From Camelus dromedarius (taxonomy: Eukaryota), in assembly GCF_036321535.1 (NCBI RefSeq), contig NC_087436.1:119476001-119540000 (forward strand): DNA of 64,000 nt. Direction: 5' to 3'. Made by a program: the position numbers and the translations under genes. The notes below the pieces were generated by a model. The model had not been told where the DNA came from. It made no database searches and saw only the letters and a list, made by a program, of their open reading frames with translations. This document shows, in pieces, positions 35,801-48,020 of the stretch (the stretch's first letter is position 1; the number at the start of each line of letters is the position of its first letter).

Positions 35801-38800
35801 CTGGCGAGATGCTTGACTGCTTCGTGGAATTAGGACCAGGTGGAACGCTGATGGCAGGGCTAGGCACATAGTAAGTCCTTAGTAGGGATTTAAGCTGAAT
35901 TAAAGCACAGTGAATTAAGCACAGGAAAACCGTATATTCATGATTTATTCCTTGCAGTCCACATTTATGGATGGTCTGTAATGATTCAGGCTCTTGGTTG
36001 GGTGCTAACAGTTAGTTCAAAGCTCAGATCAGAAGCAGGGTAGGCAGTGGGAAGGAAGCCCGGGGAAGGAACAGGTTTGGCCTAGGGCCTGCCCTGGAAG
36101 CTGGCGTCTCAGAGGCACTCGTTCTTTTGTTTCACCTTCACGGCCTCTGGAGCAGGTATGTCTTAGCGCAGAGGAAGCTGCCGAGGCCCCTTACGCAGCA
36201 TCTCGCCTGTAGTGAGTGGTCCAGACCAGTCTCACTCCAGACCTTTTGCTTTTCCTGCTTCATCATGTCACCTTCCCCAAACCGGTGTCTGCACCCCTGA
36301 CAGCAGGGCCTGCCTCTGAGTTGCATGTGTGGTGGATCTGCACTGTGCACGTGGTCTGCAGGGGCTTCCAGCAGCTCACTCTCCTTTTCCGTGTTGGAGG
36401 GCTGTGGGCCCCGTGGTTTGGCTTCCTGAGTGTCCTGGGTGAGCTGTGGTGCTCAGACAAGACGACAGAATCTCCTTTCCTGCCCTGCTGTCTGCCCCAG
36501 AGGCCATGTGGGAGTCGCCCCTTCATTCCCAGCACAGCTTCTCTTCCCCAGGATTATCGCCTTGTGGCTTTATGTAGGACATTGTCTTGGCCGGTTTGAT
36601 AGTTACTCTTCCAGAATGCTCTTTCCTCTCCCCTCCGCCCCAGCAGTCAAGGCTTCCCCCATCGCAGCACTGACCACTGAGGGCATCGTCTGTTTCCTGC
36701 TGTGCCTGTAATAGACCAAGCTTTGCCAGTCACCTCTGTGTCCCCAGTGCCTGGACCCATGCCTGGCTCAGAGTCCTAGATCCAAGAATGAATCTGCTCC
36801 TGAGGGGCCCCTTCCTGGGCTTAAAATACATGGAATCCGGCCCGAGGCTCACCCGGGTGCTCGCTCCCCAAGTGCACTCGGGGCCGCTGTCTGCCCAGTG
36901 CTGCAGAGGCTCCACGGCTGAGGCTCAGATTTGCTCACTGACGCTGCTTTCCTGGCAAGGGGTCCTGTGTAGTGCTTGTCGCTCTTCTCTGCTCGCGCGG
37001 AGCTGGGAGGCTTAGGGCAGGGCCTCACCGACTGCGGCCTCCTACAGAATTGTGAGTGTTCAGTCAGGTGTCCATGTTTTGTGGGAGGGCTGACATGAGG
37101 TCATTTGACTTATCAAAATATTTCCCCACTGCTGTCAAATGGCAGAATTACTCAGAGACGTGAGTGGGTTTTGTAGCAAATAATCCTGAATTAACAGAAG
37201 AATCAAGCAGTACATTGTACATCACGATTAATGTTTCTTGAATAATGTCTGGTGATACTTGGAGATCTGATCATCATGCTGTCTCTAGCTTAAAGGCATG
37301 GTTCAAGGTGAAACTACGAGTCAGGAGATTTTAGTTTCCATCGCATCTTGCATACACTTCACTAATAGCTTCTAACTTTCGGGTTTTGGGTCTGCCTAAG
37401 AACTCCAGAGTAGTGTTGGCTTGCTGAGCTCCCAGGCATCCGGAATAGCACCTGGCCGACGTGGAGGCCTCATCAGAGTGTGTGCGTGTGTGTGGGGGTG
37501 TGGCACGGAGGAGGCGTCCAAGCCCGCAGTGGGGACACCTGCCCGCAGGAAGGCCCTGCACAGCCCTTGGTCACCAGCCCACCTCGGCCTGGCTGCGATG
37601 GAGGCTGCGTTCTAACGCAGGGTTCACCTGTTTCCCTACTGTCTCCTGCCTCTGCTCGGTGCTGGCAGCTCAAGTGAGGGTACCTTTGAGCTCAAGTTAG
37701 GGGGTCCTCCCGGGGCACTGCGGTGGATCTGTCTGATTGCTTCCAGGATCGGGGCAAGGGTTGGGCTTGTTAATTAAGTTTGAACTGAGACTTACATAAC
37801 TACCTTCAGTTTTTAGTGATTGCAGTTCTATATTGGGTGTTTAATGTTGTTTTGTTTAATCCTAACAAGGCCTAAGGAGGCTGAGTGGTTTTCTAGCGAT
37901 GTCTACGCGAATGGCTGGTCTGGGTTTTTAGGACACGGGGCACACCATGGTGAGGGGGAGGGGTTCAGGACCACTTCGTAAGCCAGCTTGGGGGACAAAG
38001 TCCCATTCTTAGGAACCGGTGAGGATGGGAGCATTCAGGCACAGCTGGCAGTTGGCTGTCAGGCTTTGGAGGTCCAGGTGTGTCTGGTTTTGCTCCTCAG
38101 CGGGTGAGACGCTAGAGGACCTTCACCCTTTCCTCAGGCTGAAACCCGCGTTTCCACAGCCTCCCTAGATTTGCAGTTTTCTCACCGTAAAATGGAGATG
38201 AAGCTTGTTCTAACTGAGGGATCAAACTGGATGATCCAGGGGGAGCATACGAAGCCGCACCGTGCAGGGAAGCAGGTGCCCGTCGGCTCTGCTTGGTGCT
38301 TGCAGCCAGGCCCGCGAGGAGCAGGCGGGGATGTCGGTCCTCCCACCGCGGGCTTCTCAGAAGGAGCCTGTGTCCCCACGCCTGGCTTCGGAAGTGGTGA
38401 GCCCCCCTCCCTCCCCGGCGTGCTCCCTCGCTCCCCTGGAAGCTCAGACAAGCAGTTGGATCAGGCAACGCCAGATAAGAATGCTTTCTGGAAACTGACG
38501 GCTTGACAGGAAGAGAACTGTTCCCATTCCCCTCCATGTGCTGTTGGGGAAATAGATACACACCACTCACTCCTTGTCCTTTCTGAGCCTGTTGCCACGT
38601 CATTAGTTTAGCAACACAGACATATATGTGTGTGTGTGTGTTGTGTGTACACACACAGTGCAGTAATACGCAGCGGTCCAAGGGAGAAAAAGTCATTTCT
38701 TGGGGGAGAAAAATCCTCCATTCTCTCCTACTCCAGGGCAAGAACACTCAACAGTCCTGGGAAGGCCCGGGGCTTTCACCGCCCCTCCCTGCTTCTTCCG

Positions 38801-41559
38801 CCCTCATCCCGGCTGGAGTGGGCTGAGGCCCCAGCACTGTGCCGCGGGGAGCCAACTGGAAGCGCTTGAGGCGGGGAGGCCGAGTGCAGACGGCAGCTCG
38901 CTCGCTCCGGAGGGCGGCTTCCCTAGCTGCCCTGCTCGCTCACTGCATCCCCTGGGGCCGAGTGGCTCCTCACCTGCATGAATGGGGCCCGATGAACCAC
39001 TCTCCTGAGAATGAAGTGGGGGAGCGTCGTTGAAGTGTCCTATTCACAGCTAAACGTGGTTTAAAATAGTCAAGCATTTGACAGCCGCTGGTAATGAATG
39101 GTTTTGCAGTGAGAGGGGAGATGAGAGGAGAGGGAGAGGGGCGCTTGAGGACACGGGTGCGCGTCTGAGCAGTCCTGCTGCGGGAGGCGGGGAGGCGGAC
39201 ACCCTCCCTGCTCAGACGCTGCAGGAGCAGGAGGACTGCCTAAGGACTGCCTCGGACTAGAGCCCAGGGCCCAGGAGCTGGTCACTGGAAGGCCCGCCGG
39301 AGTCTGCAGGGGAAGGTAGCCGGCGTGTCCATCCCCGCTTGATGACTGTATGAAAGGGACATGTGAGGTGCAGCGTAAACATGAACGTCACGGGCCTGGA
39401 GTGTGGCTCCCCTGGTCTTTCGATGTCGGCTTAATCTTGTACAGTTCAAAATATATCTAGAGGAGTATATGGAGACCCACACACAAATCTGAACTCAGTA
39501 TTACGCTAAAGAAATTAATTTTGTTATTTCTCTCTCTTCTTTGCCTATAGTTACTGTATTTCTCCATCATTTTTTACTTAACACCCTGCTTTTAAGGTGT
39601 GAGGGCTTGATTCCCACCAGTGAACTGGTGGGTGAGAAGCAGTGCTGGAGATTAGGTCAGGTCTCTTCACTTTTGAAAAATAAAACTTCCTCCAGATGGA
39701 ACTGAGAACGCTTTTCAGATTGCAACTAGAAACGGGTCTCTTGATTCTCTCTTGAACTGTGTCTTCTAGACCGACAGTGAAATGGGTTTCGGTTTCTTGA
39801 GAAAGGAGAAGCTAAGGCTGAAGGTCCTCTGTGGCTCCGACAGGTCAGGTGTCCTCCCAGCACGACCGCGTGCTGCCCAAGGGCACGCCGTGCACTCCCG
39901 ACGCTCGGGGCGTGGGCTCTGGGACGGCTTCAGGGTCTGACTCTGCCGCTTACTGGTGGCAGGACCTGGAGTGATTTCTTCCTGACATCTGCCTCCCTCT
40001 TCCATCATCTGAGTTGAAATCTAAATTATTACACTTTTCTTGAGTCTCTTAAGAGTTTTAAAGCACTAACACGGGGCAGCCTTGAACATTATTGGGTCTT
40101 CATCAGCATGTAGTGTTGAATATATGCCCTTAACTGCATGGAACGTCCTCCAGGTCCTGGAGGAAAGGCTGTTTCTGGGGCAGAGCATCCTCCCAGGCGA
40201 GAGAGTCGAGTAAATTGCACCCTGGAGTTCACCACAGACCGAAAGCCTGTACCCATGAAACTAGGGAGCATATTTGCCAGTACGGCGTAACATTCCTGGT
40301 AGAATCTTTTCTAGGGAGGTGAGAGTCCTGCTCTTCAAGGCCTGGTGACATTACCTCCTGACCAGAGCCCTGCAGTCTAAGTCCAACACTTGAGTTCAGG
40401 TGCCTTCATGGGCCCCGCGTGTCTCTTGAGTCAGCATGGACACTAAGGAAAAACTGAGACCTGCAGAAAAGTGGTTTTCCAGGAGGGATAAAGTATCCCC
40501 CAGCAGATGAGAGTCAGCACCTGTCATGAGGACTCGTCCACCTGGTGAGAGGGCAGTGAGAATCTCTGACGTCTGTGACGTTCTTAAGTGGACTGGGAGC
40601 TTGCCCGCACACTTACTCGGCGGAGATCGCCAGATGCGGTGCTGGTGCTGAGGGTGGGGGTGAGATGGGCCAGGTCCCTACTCTCGGGCAGTCTCCGTGG
40701 GAGACAGACATGAACACAGCGTGTTGTGATGAGCACCAGGGCAGGGGGAGCCCAGAGCGGGAAGGAGCATCTGGCTGGGCCTGGGGATCAGGAGATGCCC
40801 TGGACATGGTGCCCGGGCTGTGGCTCATAGCTGCAGGAGGAGGGCAGATTCACAGGGATCCAGTTTGGTCGACATCTCAACCTGACTCGCCTCGCTTTGT
40901 GACATGGCCACGTTCCAAGGTAGAAGCGGTTAGACCTGATGACGTATGATCACCGAGGATTGTATTTATTTGGTAGTTTGGACTGTGATAATCACATTGT
41001 TTGAAGGGAACACATATCTGTATTTCACTTTTTTTTTATCTCATGGTTTGCATTGTTAAATATAAGATCAGTTTCTTGTAATCTACCCTCAGATTTTTGG
41101 GAAAATTTTTCTTTGTTCCTTTGCTGACCCCTACTGGGACAGAAGTGTACAGCAGTCTTCGGAAGTCAGGTGTACAAGTGCACAGAACTAGACATTTCTG
41201 TCTACTGTTTCCAGTCCCCACCAGACCCTTAAGTCTTGTCGGCTGTATTAACCTTGTATCTGGCACCTCCCACAGGGGAATAAGCACATAGCAGGTGCTC
41301 GTAAATACCTGTTGCATGTAGAGGTAACTGGTATCTGTAATTCAGAAATTGTATGGTGTTTGAGATTCTTTGTGACAGTTAATGCTGTTTTGTAAAATGT
41401 TTAAATTGACCTTCAGAGTGAAAGCAGGCCGAGAGTCCCCTCCCCACAATGTGAGTATGAGAGCTACTAACTGAGGGAGCATTCTAATGGATTAGACCTG
41501 AATTGAGAGTGCGCTCTTTGTGCCATCTGAAATCTGAAAAACTCAAACTTTTTCCCCAG

Positions 41560-41818
41560 GATCTTTACTTTATATAGCAAGTCTCTGCCCCTCGACCTGG
41601 CCTGTCGTATATGGGATGTGTTCTGCCGGGACGGGGAGGAGTTTCTGTTCCGCACGGCCCTGGGCATCCTGAAGCTGTTCGAGGACATCCTGACCAAGAT
41701 GGACTTCATTCACATAGCCCAGTTCCTGACGCGGCTGCCCGACGACCTGCCGGCTGAGGAGTTCTTTGCTTCCATAGCTGCGGTGCAGATGCAGAGTCGG
41801 AACAAGAAGTGGGCTCAG
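41560..41818 (+). CDS. TBC1D14: TBC1D14 coding exon (~exon 13), [37 protein letters not shown]...QSRNKKWAQ
   Basis: ccccag| acceptor, |gtgagc donor, 259 nt, phase 2->0; TBC RIWD motif. Confidence 0.96.
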
Positions 41819-43369
41819 GTGAGCGGGGCTCAGCAGTCAGCTCAGGAAGTCAGCTACCTGTGAGCAGACGGCCCTCCGTACGGCAGTTCCGGGGCTGCAT
41901 GTGCGGTGGCCTGGGTCTGAGGCTTGGCTCTGCCACAGGGGGTCTTGGGCAGTCATCTCCTCTTTGGGTCTGTGTCGGAGGAAGGGGCTGGATAATAAAA
42001 GCCCTCCCACCCGTTCTGCAGTGGCAAGGCGGGGCGCGGGCAGAACTTTGAATCAGCTGTCACAGTGCTCTCTGCACGTTAGACAGCATTTTGCTAACCG
42101 ATCCCTTTCCCCCCTTTTTAAACGTCAGAGACAGAAAGCAGGGAAACTAACACTGCCGTGCCCCGCTCCCTCCCTCACCATGGGTGTGCCCGGGACAGGG
42201 TGGTGAACAGAGGAGGCCCAGAGAGCAGGCACAGGGGAGGCGGGGAGGGGGCTTCGGGATGTGTTGCCCCAGCTCACCTGTTAGCAGAGCAGCCAAGTAA
42301 CAGCATGGGAGCGGCCCAGCTTGGGCCTCCATCTTCTAGGTCCCTCGCATCTCCTTTGGACATTCCTCATAGGTTACGTCCCCTGTGGGCTTGGCCAGGG
42401 TCATCTGAATCCTAGTCTTTATCTTTCTAAAAAGGGAAAACTAAAACCTTGATTCTTGGCCCTGCAGCTGCTGTTTGCCTGAGCATCAGGGCCTAGTTGG
42501 TTGATGTCTGGGGAGGCTTGTATGTGCCCAGTACTTGTTCCTGATTTATTTTTCTTATTAGTGGAAGATTTAAAGTGCACTGAGAAACAGAATGAAATAG
42601 AATAACGAGCCCCTGTGCGCCTGTCAAATATCCAGTCAGTTTTCATATTTCTATTTGTTTCCAAAGGTCACCAGTAGCTTCATAGGCTGCTTGAACCAGG
42701 ATCCAGATAAGTCTACACATTGCAATTGGCTGAAAGATCTTTTAAGTCTTTTTTAACGTATAGGGCTGCCCACCTTTCCACTTCTCCCCTCTCCCTTCTC
42801 CCTTCACCCTTTATTTAGTGAAGAAGTGATGCCATTTGCCCATTAGCATTTCCCACAGTCTGGATTTTGCTGGTTAGATCCCTGCGGTGTGTTTAATGTG
42901 GTCTTTCTATTCCGCATGTCCTGTAAATCGGCAGTTAGATCTCAAGGCTCGATCGGGTTCCCAGTTTTTATGTTTGGTCACATTACTTCGTAGGTTATCA
43001 GACTATTTCCCTTTGATCTTAGCCAGCAGCTTATTTTTATAACAGCTTTATTAGTTTACATACCATAAAATTCACCGTTTTTTAAAAGTGTACAAGTTCA
43101 GTGCCTGTTTATGTATTAAACCAGAGAGTTTCCCCTCTCACCTGGGCCCTTCGTTCAGCCCCCTGCGCTGGCCATTCCCTTCCTCCCTGTCCCCAGGTCT
43201 GATGTGCTCTGTGGCTGGCGGACTCCCTTCCTGTCTGGGTCTTTGGGGAAGGAGCATAGCTGCTGTGGAGGGACCGTGGGTCAGTCTGTGAAATGCTCCC
43301 CTGGTTTTACGTGGGGGGGAGCACTATTTTGTGCTTAGGGGGTTATCAGTAGCATTTCTAAAATAAATA

Positions 43370-43735
43370 CAATGTTTATAAAAAGGAGTGAAGTACCGAC
43401 ACTTGCTACAGTATGGATGAACCTTGGAAGCATTATATTATGTGAAAAAGCCAGACATGAAAGACTGTTTGATTCCATTCACATGCAGTTGCAGAACAGG
43501 GAGCTCTGTAGAGACAGGAAGTAGATTAGTGGTTGCCAAGGGAGTGGATGAGGTGGGGACAGGGCTGTGGTAGCCAGAGGATACGGGGTTACTTCTTGAG
43601 GTGATGAAAATGTTCTAAAATGGACTGTGGTGAGGTTTGCACACGTCTGTGAATATACTAAGAAGCAATGAATTGTACACTTTAAATGGGTAAATTACAC
43701 GTTACGTGAATTATATACCAGGAAAACCTTTTAAA
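43370..43735 (+). mobile_element. L1 3'-end fragment (L1MB-like)
   Basis: atggatgaaccttggaagcattatattatgtgaaaaagccagac...gtagattagtggttgcc...gatgaaaatgttctaaaa...gaattgtacactttaaatggg. Confidence 0.8.
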
Positions 43736-45347
43736 AAATGCACTGAGCTCGTGTGTGAGCAGGACTGGCTATATAATTATCAGGGATCTGGTGAAAGAAG
43801 AGCCTTTCTCTGATTAAGAAACAAATGCGCAATGCAAAACGAAACTCTGGGGCCACGTGTTCAGAGTTAGTATGGAGAATTCCAGGATGGCGACTGCAGA
43901 GCATTAGGCTCAGTAGGGCCCCTCCGAATGCATGGGCTTCACGCCCACGAAGCTGGCCTGTGTGTAAGTGTGCGTGAGGAGTCTCCTGCGGGTCAGTCAC
44001 TTAGAGCGGTTTTCTGAAATAGCTACAGGAAGCCAGGGCCGTTGCTGATAGCCTTTATTCAGCACAGAACTGTTACTCCCTTGACTTTCCAACTTGTGTG
44101 GTCACAGGCCTGCTGATCTTCCTTTGTTCTTCACCGGTCCTTCCCTCCGTCCCCCAACTCGCACACCCGCAGAAACACGCAAAGAGGGAAGGGTTGAGCC
44201 CACATCTGTCATTTAGCTTCTTGCATTTTAGGTGAAGATTACTGGTTAACACCAGATCAGAGGTTATTAAATAGTAGGACATTCTCCAGTAGTGGGATAG
44301 TAATAGGGGTTGGCCTGAGGGCAGGCATCAGTGAGTTTATTCAGTTCCAGGTCCCACGGGAGTTGTGGCCCATGCCCATTTCTCTTAAATGCTGTACTTA
44401 AGGTTAAAACTCTGGTGAACTTTATAAAACAGGTAAACGTTTATGCTTGGTCAGCAGTCCCATTTACCTAGAGGTGGCTTTTATCTACTGTTAGCCCCCC
44501 TGTGCAATTTATTTGAAGCCCACATAAAATGTTTCTGCTTTATAGCTTGTAATTTGTAATTCAGTCAAAGTGGCATAGCGCCTGACCCAAGTAGTTTAGC
44601 ACTGGTGCTGCAAAGATGCCCTTGGTTTTAAAATCAAACAAATCTGAGTTTGAATCCACACAGGCTGTTTGGCTTTTAGCAAGTCACTTGTCTGAGTGTC
44701 TGTTGCTCAGGTGATGTACAGCGTTGCATGGATTAAACAGCCGCTGTGCCGGAGGTGCCCTGGGAGAGCTCGACTGGGCCAGAGTGGGCGCGCAATAAAC
44801 GCGGCCTGTTGTTGTCACTGCGGCTGGTAGGCAGTCACAGTGGAATGTGATATTTAGAAAAATAAAGGTGTTAGCCAGAAGCTGAGAGAGCAGAGAGGAG
44901 GGAGCGAAGTCACCCTGGGGAAGCTCAGGAAGGCGTGGGAAGAGCTGATATCTCTCAGGCCTGAAAAGGGCGCATGGTTTGCTGGCGAAGAGAGGGGGCA
45001 GGTCAGCGGGAGCCCAGGAGGGCAGGTTGGTGTCCCGGAGTGGGAAGCCCGGCGTTGGTGGTGGCGAGCGCAGGGGCCGGAGCCAGACTGCGGAAGGAGA
45101 GGAGCCTGGGAGCCCCGCCTCGACACTGGCACCTGGGGGCCAGTAGGGAGTGGCTGTGGGGCACGAGCCCAGACGGCGTGGTTAGGTTTCCATGTTGGAA
45201 GGTGAGTGGAGGCAGGTGTGGAAGATGGACCAGAGCAGGGACAGGTGGGGAGGCAGACGCGGGGCTGCTGCGGTTCCTGTCACACTGGTCGGGATGTGTG
45301 TTCAGCGTGTACTGAGGTCGCCCACCCCTGTCTCCCTGTGTCCCCAG

Positions 45348-45413
45348 GTACTGACCGCACTGCAGAGGGACAGCCGGGACGTGGAGAAAGGAAGCCCGTC
45401 TCTCAGACACTGA
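45348..45413 (+). CDS. TBC1D14: TBC1D14 last coding exon, VLTALQRDSRDVEKGSPSLRH*
   Basis: ccccag| acceptor, phase 0, TGA at 45411-45413; C-terminus recognised as TBC1D14. Confidence 0.95.
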   Translation, partial: VLTALQRDSRDVEKGSPSLRH

Positions 45414-48020
45414 GGCGGCAGGCGGACTTGCGCTCGGTGCTGAAGCACGGCTCCAGGCGGCTCCTGCGGTGCCGCAGGCAGACACACAGGCGGCTCAGAA
45501 GAACAGGGGCTGTTCCATGTTTGATTCCTAATACTGGAGTTGGCCTTAAACAAAATAGAACAACAACAAAAACTTGTAAAGAATTAAACCAAGGCTCAGC
45601 CTTAAGAAGCTCAGTGGGATGATGGCCTAATATTGACCGTGGTCACCACTGCATATTCTGCATGGTTTAAAAATAGGGCAGTGGCTAATCCCCTCCCCTC
45701 ATCAGCAAAAGTTAATTAAATTGTAATGCTTTTATGTCAACTACTGGAAAGTACATTACAATCTTTCATAGCCGGGGTGCATGAGAAATGTTGTTTGGAG
45801 ACCTCAGAGATGTTATTGGCTCATATTTACATATTTTAGTAAGAAAGGGATTGCTGGTTTAGTTACCAAGATAATCTTTCCCGAGCCGGAGGTCTTGTTT
45901 TTGAAGCCCATCTACCAAAGATAGCATTACAGGACGACGGGCTCTCAATCCTGGCGAGTGTGCACGGGCTCCCCGGACACGGTCTGACCTTCAGGGTGAC
46001 CTTTTACCATATTGCCTTGACAAAATTACAGCACGAGGGCTGAAAATGCACGCCTAGACTCCCACGGGCAGCCTGCCCTCCCAGAGATTGCTCCCACGTT
46101 TGCTGAGTAATGCGAGCTGGAGCAGGAAGAGCTGCTCACAGACGCCTGTGACAGTGAAGACGGGCTTAAAGCTGGTGGAGAACAGAATGGAGACAGCCTC
46201 CCTTTAAGCAGAGGGGAGGGGAGAGGATGTTGAGACCTGCCCGCTCCTGCAGCCTGTCGTTTCTGTGGAGGCTGGGGGTGGGTGGGCGTGGGGCCACTGC
46301 TCCCTGGCTGTGAAAGCTTGCTCCTCTCTGTCACCTGATGGCAGGTGCAGTCCTGCGTGCAGTCATCCCGCCTCACACATTTAACGCAAAGGTAGACGGC
46401 TGTCAGGGCTGAGGAGCGAGCAGCACCCACCCGGCAGCCCAGACGGCCTGGCCAGAACGCTCAGTATCCGAACTGTCAGCCTGTCCCCGTCGCAGCTGCT
46501 TTCCCCCAAGTTCATTAGCAGCCTTTTTGTTGTAGCTTTTTCTTGACTAATTGGAGAACTTCATAGTAAGAACTTCGGTTATCCAAATTCTAAGAAATGA
46601 ACACTTTTTGCAGAGGAGTCCAGAGGGCCAGGCAGATCGCTATGGAAACGGGTTGCCATGTGATGCTGCGTTAGTGTGCTGGTCTCTGGGAGGGCCCGGC
46701 GGGCCAGGCTCGAGGGTGCCTCCTGTCTGCAGCGAGTGCTGGCGGGGCCTGCCACCCTGCAGCCCGCCTCAGCCACACCCCCCCAACCCCGGGAGTGCCC
46801 GTGGCTGACCTCGTTTCTGACCCCGGGAGCCCCAGCTCTGAGCGCAGTGCAGCAAGGAGATGCGGGCTGGCGGCAGAGCCTACCTGGCGTTATTTTTGTA
46901 GGTTTTCTATGTCTGCCATGTCTGCTGATGACACTTCAGGTGCAGAGCAAGTCCCGAGCCAGTGGTGGTCCTCGTGCCCCGTGTTTTTTCCCTCCTGTTC
47001 CTGACTGAACCCTCCAGGAGGTGGCGGAGCTGAGCGCGCGTACCACTTTCTGCCTCAGCCTTTAAACGCTGACTTGCCCGACGTCTTGGAGGAGCCGTCT
47101 GTCTCCACCGGGCTCTCGGCAGCCTTCCAGACGCAGCCGTTCCCCGACGTCACGGGCTGAGGCCCTTCCGCTGTTCCTCACAGGTGTACTCAGTTTTATT
47201 CCGTGATGTGGGCTTTCTGTTCTTGAAAGATGTATATATTTTCTTACTGTACATAAAGATGTTCCTTAAGTGGTGACAGAAAGCAAGGGGACAGGGCGGC
47301 GGGCAGGCCTCCAGAAAGCATTCTTGGGACCCCGGGGTAGTCAGACCCCAGCCTCAACGCTGTTGTCAGTTTGATACAAACCTCGTGGGCAGCACCATGT
47401 ATGCATTCAGTTTTCAAATAGGATTCCAGGCCAGTCTGGAATACCTCCAAGTCTTCAGTTCAGAAGAGGTTCTCGTGACCTGTTCAGGGGGCACACGAGG
47501 CCTAGCTGGATCGATACGTCCACTTCAGAGGCCGGGAAGGTATGAGTCCCCATCTGGGGTCACCTCGCCCCTTTCCACGGAGGGCAGAGGGCCGCCGGCC
47601 TGCACAGGGCTGTGCTGCTCTGCTTGACAATCCTGTTTAGTAAAACTGGAAACAAATTGAAATGCTGCCCCCAAGGAGATGGCCCTCTGCCCTTCCCACA
47701 CCGTTGGTTTTCAGAACCTAGGTCTTCTGGTTCAGGACTCTGGGCAGCTGGCACTTTAGGGTTGAAAGTGGTGTCCCCACCAGTCATCAAAATCCCATCT
47801 GGAAAAATGTTCACTTCAAAAGGTACTTTTTAACTGCTCAGTTTTTTGACTATTTTAAATAGTTTGCTGATAGAAGACTCCTGATGACACTTGCTACAAT
47901 ATCATGTTTTAATTGCTTGTACAGTTAACCTTTAATTTTATTTAGTAAAGTGTATCAAACTAGGACTTTTTGGATTGTAAATATGTGGTTTTATTAAATA
48001 AAAGTCATGTAAAATTGTTA
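45414..48020 (+). other. TBC1D14: TBC1D14 3'UTR (end approximate)
   Basis: Runs from the stop codon to an AT-rich block ending in overlapping poly(A) signals; no obvious interspersed repeats. Confidence 0.7.
47993..48002 (+). terminator. TBC1D14: Polyadenylation signal (overlapping ATTAAA/AATAAA) for TBC1D14
   Basis: attaaataaa, with upstream TGTA elements and downstream GT/T-rich sequence (gtttggttt). Confidence 0.8.
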
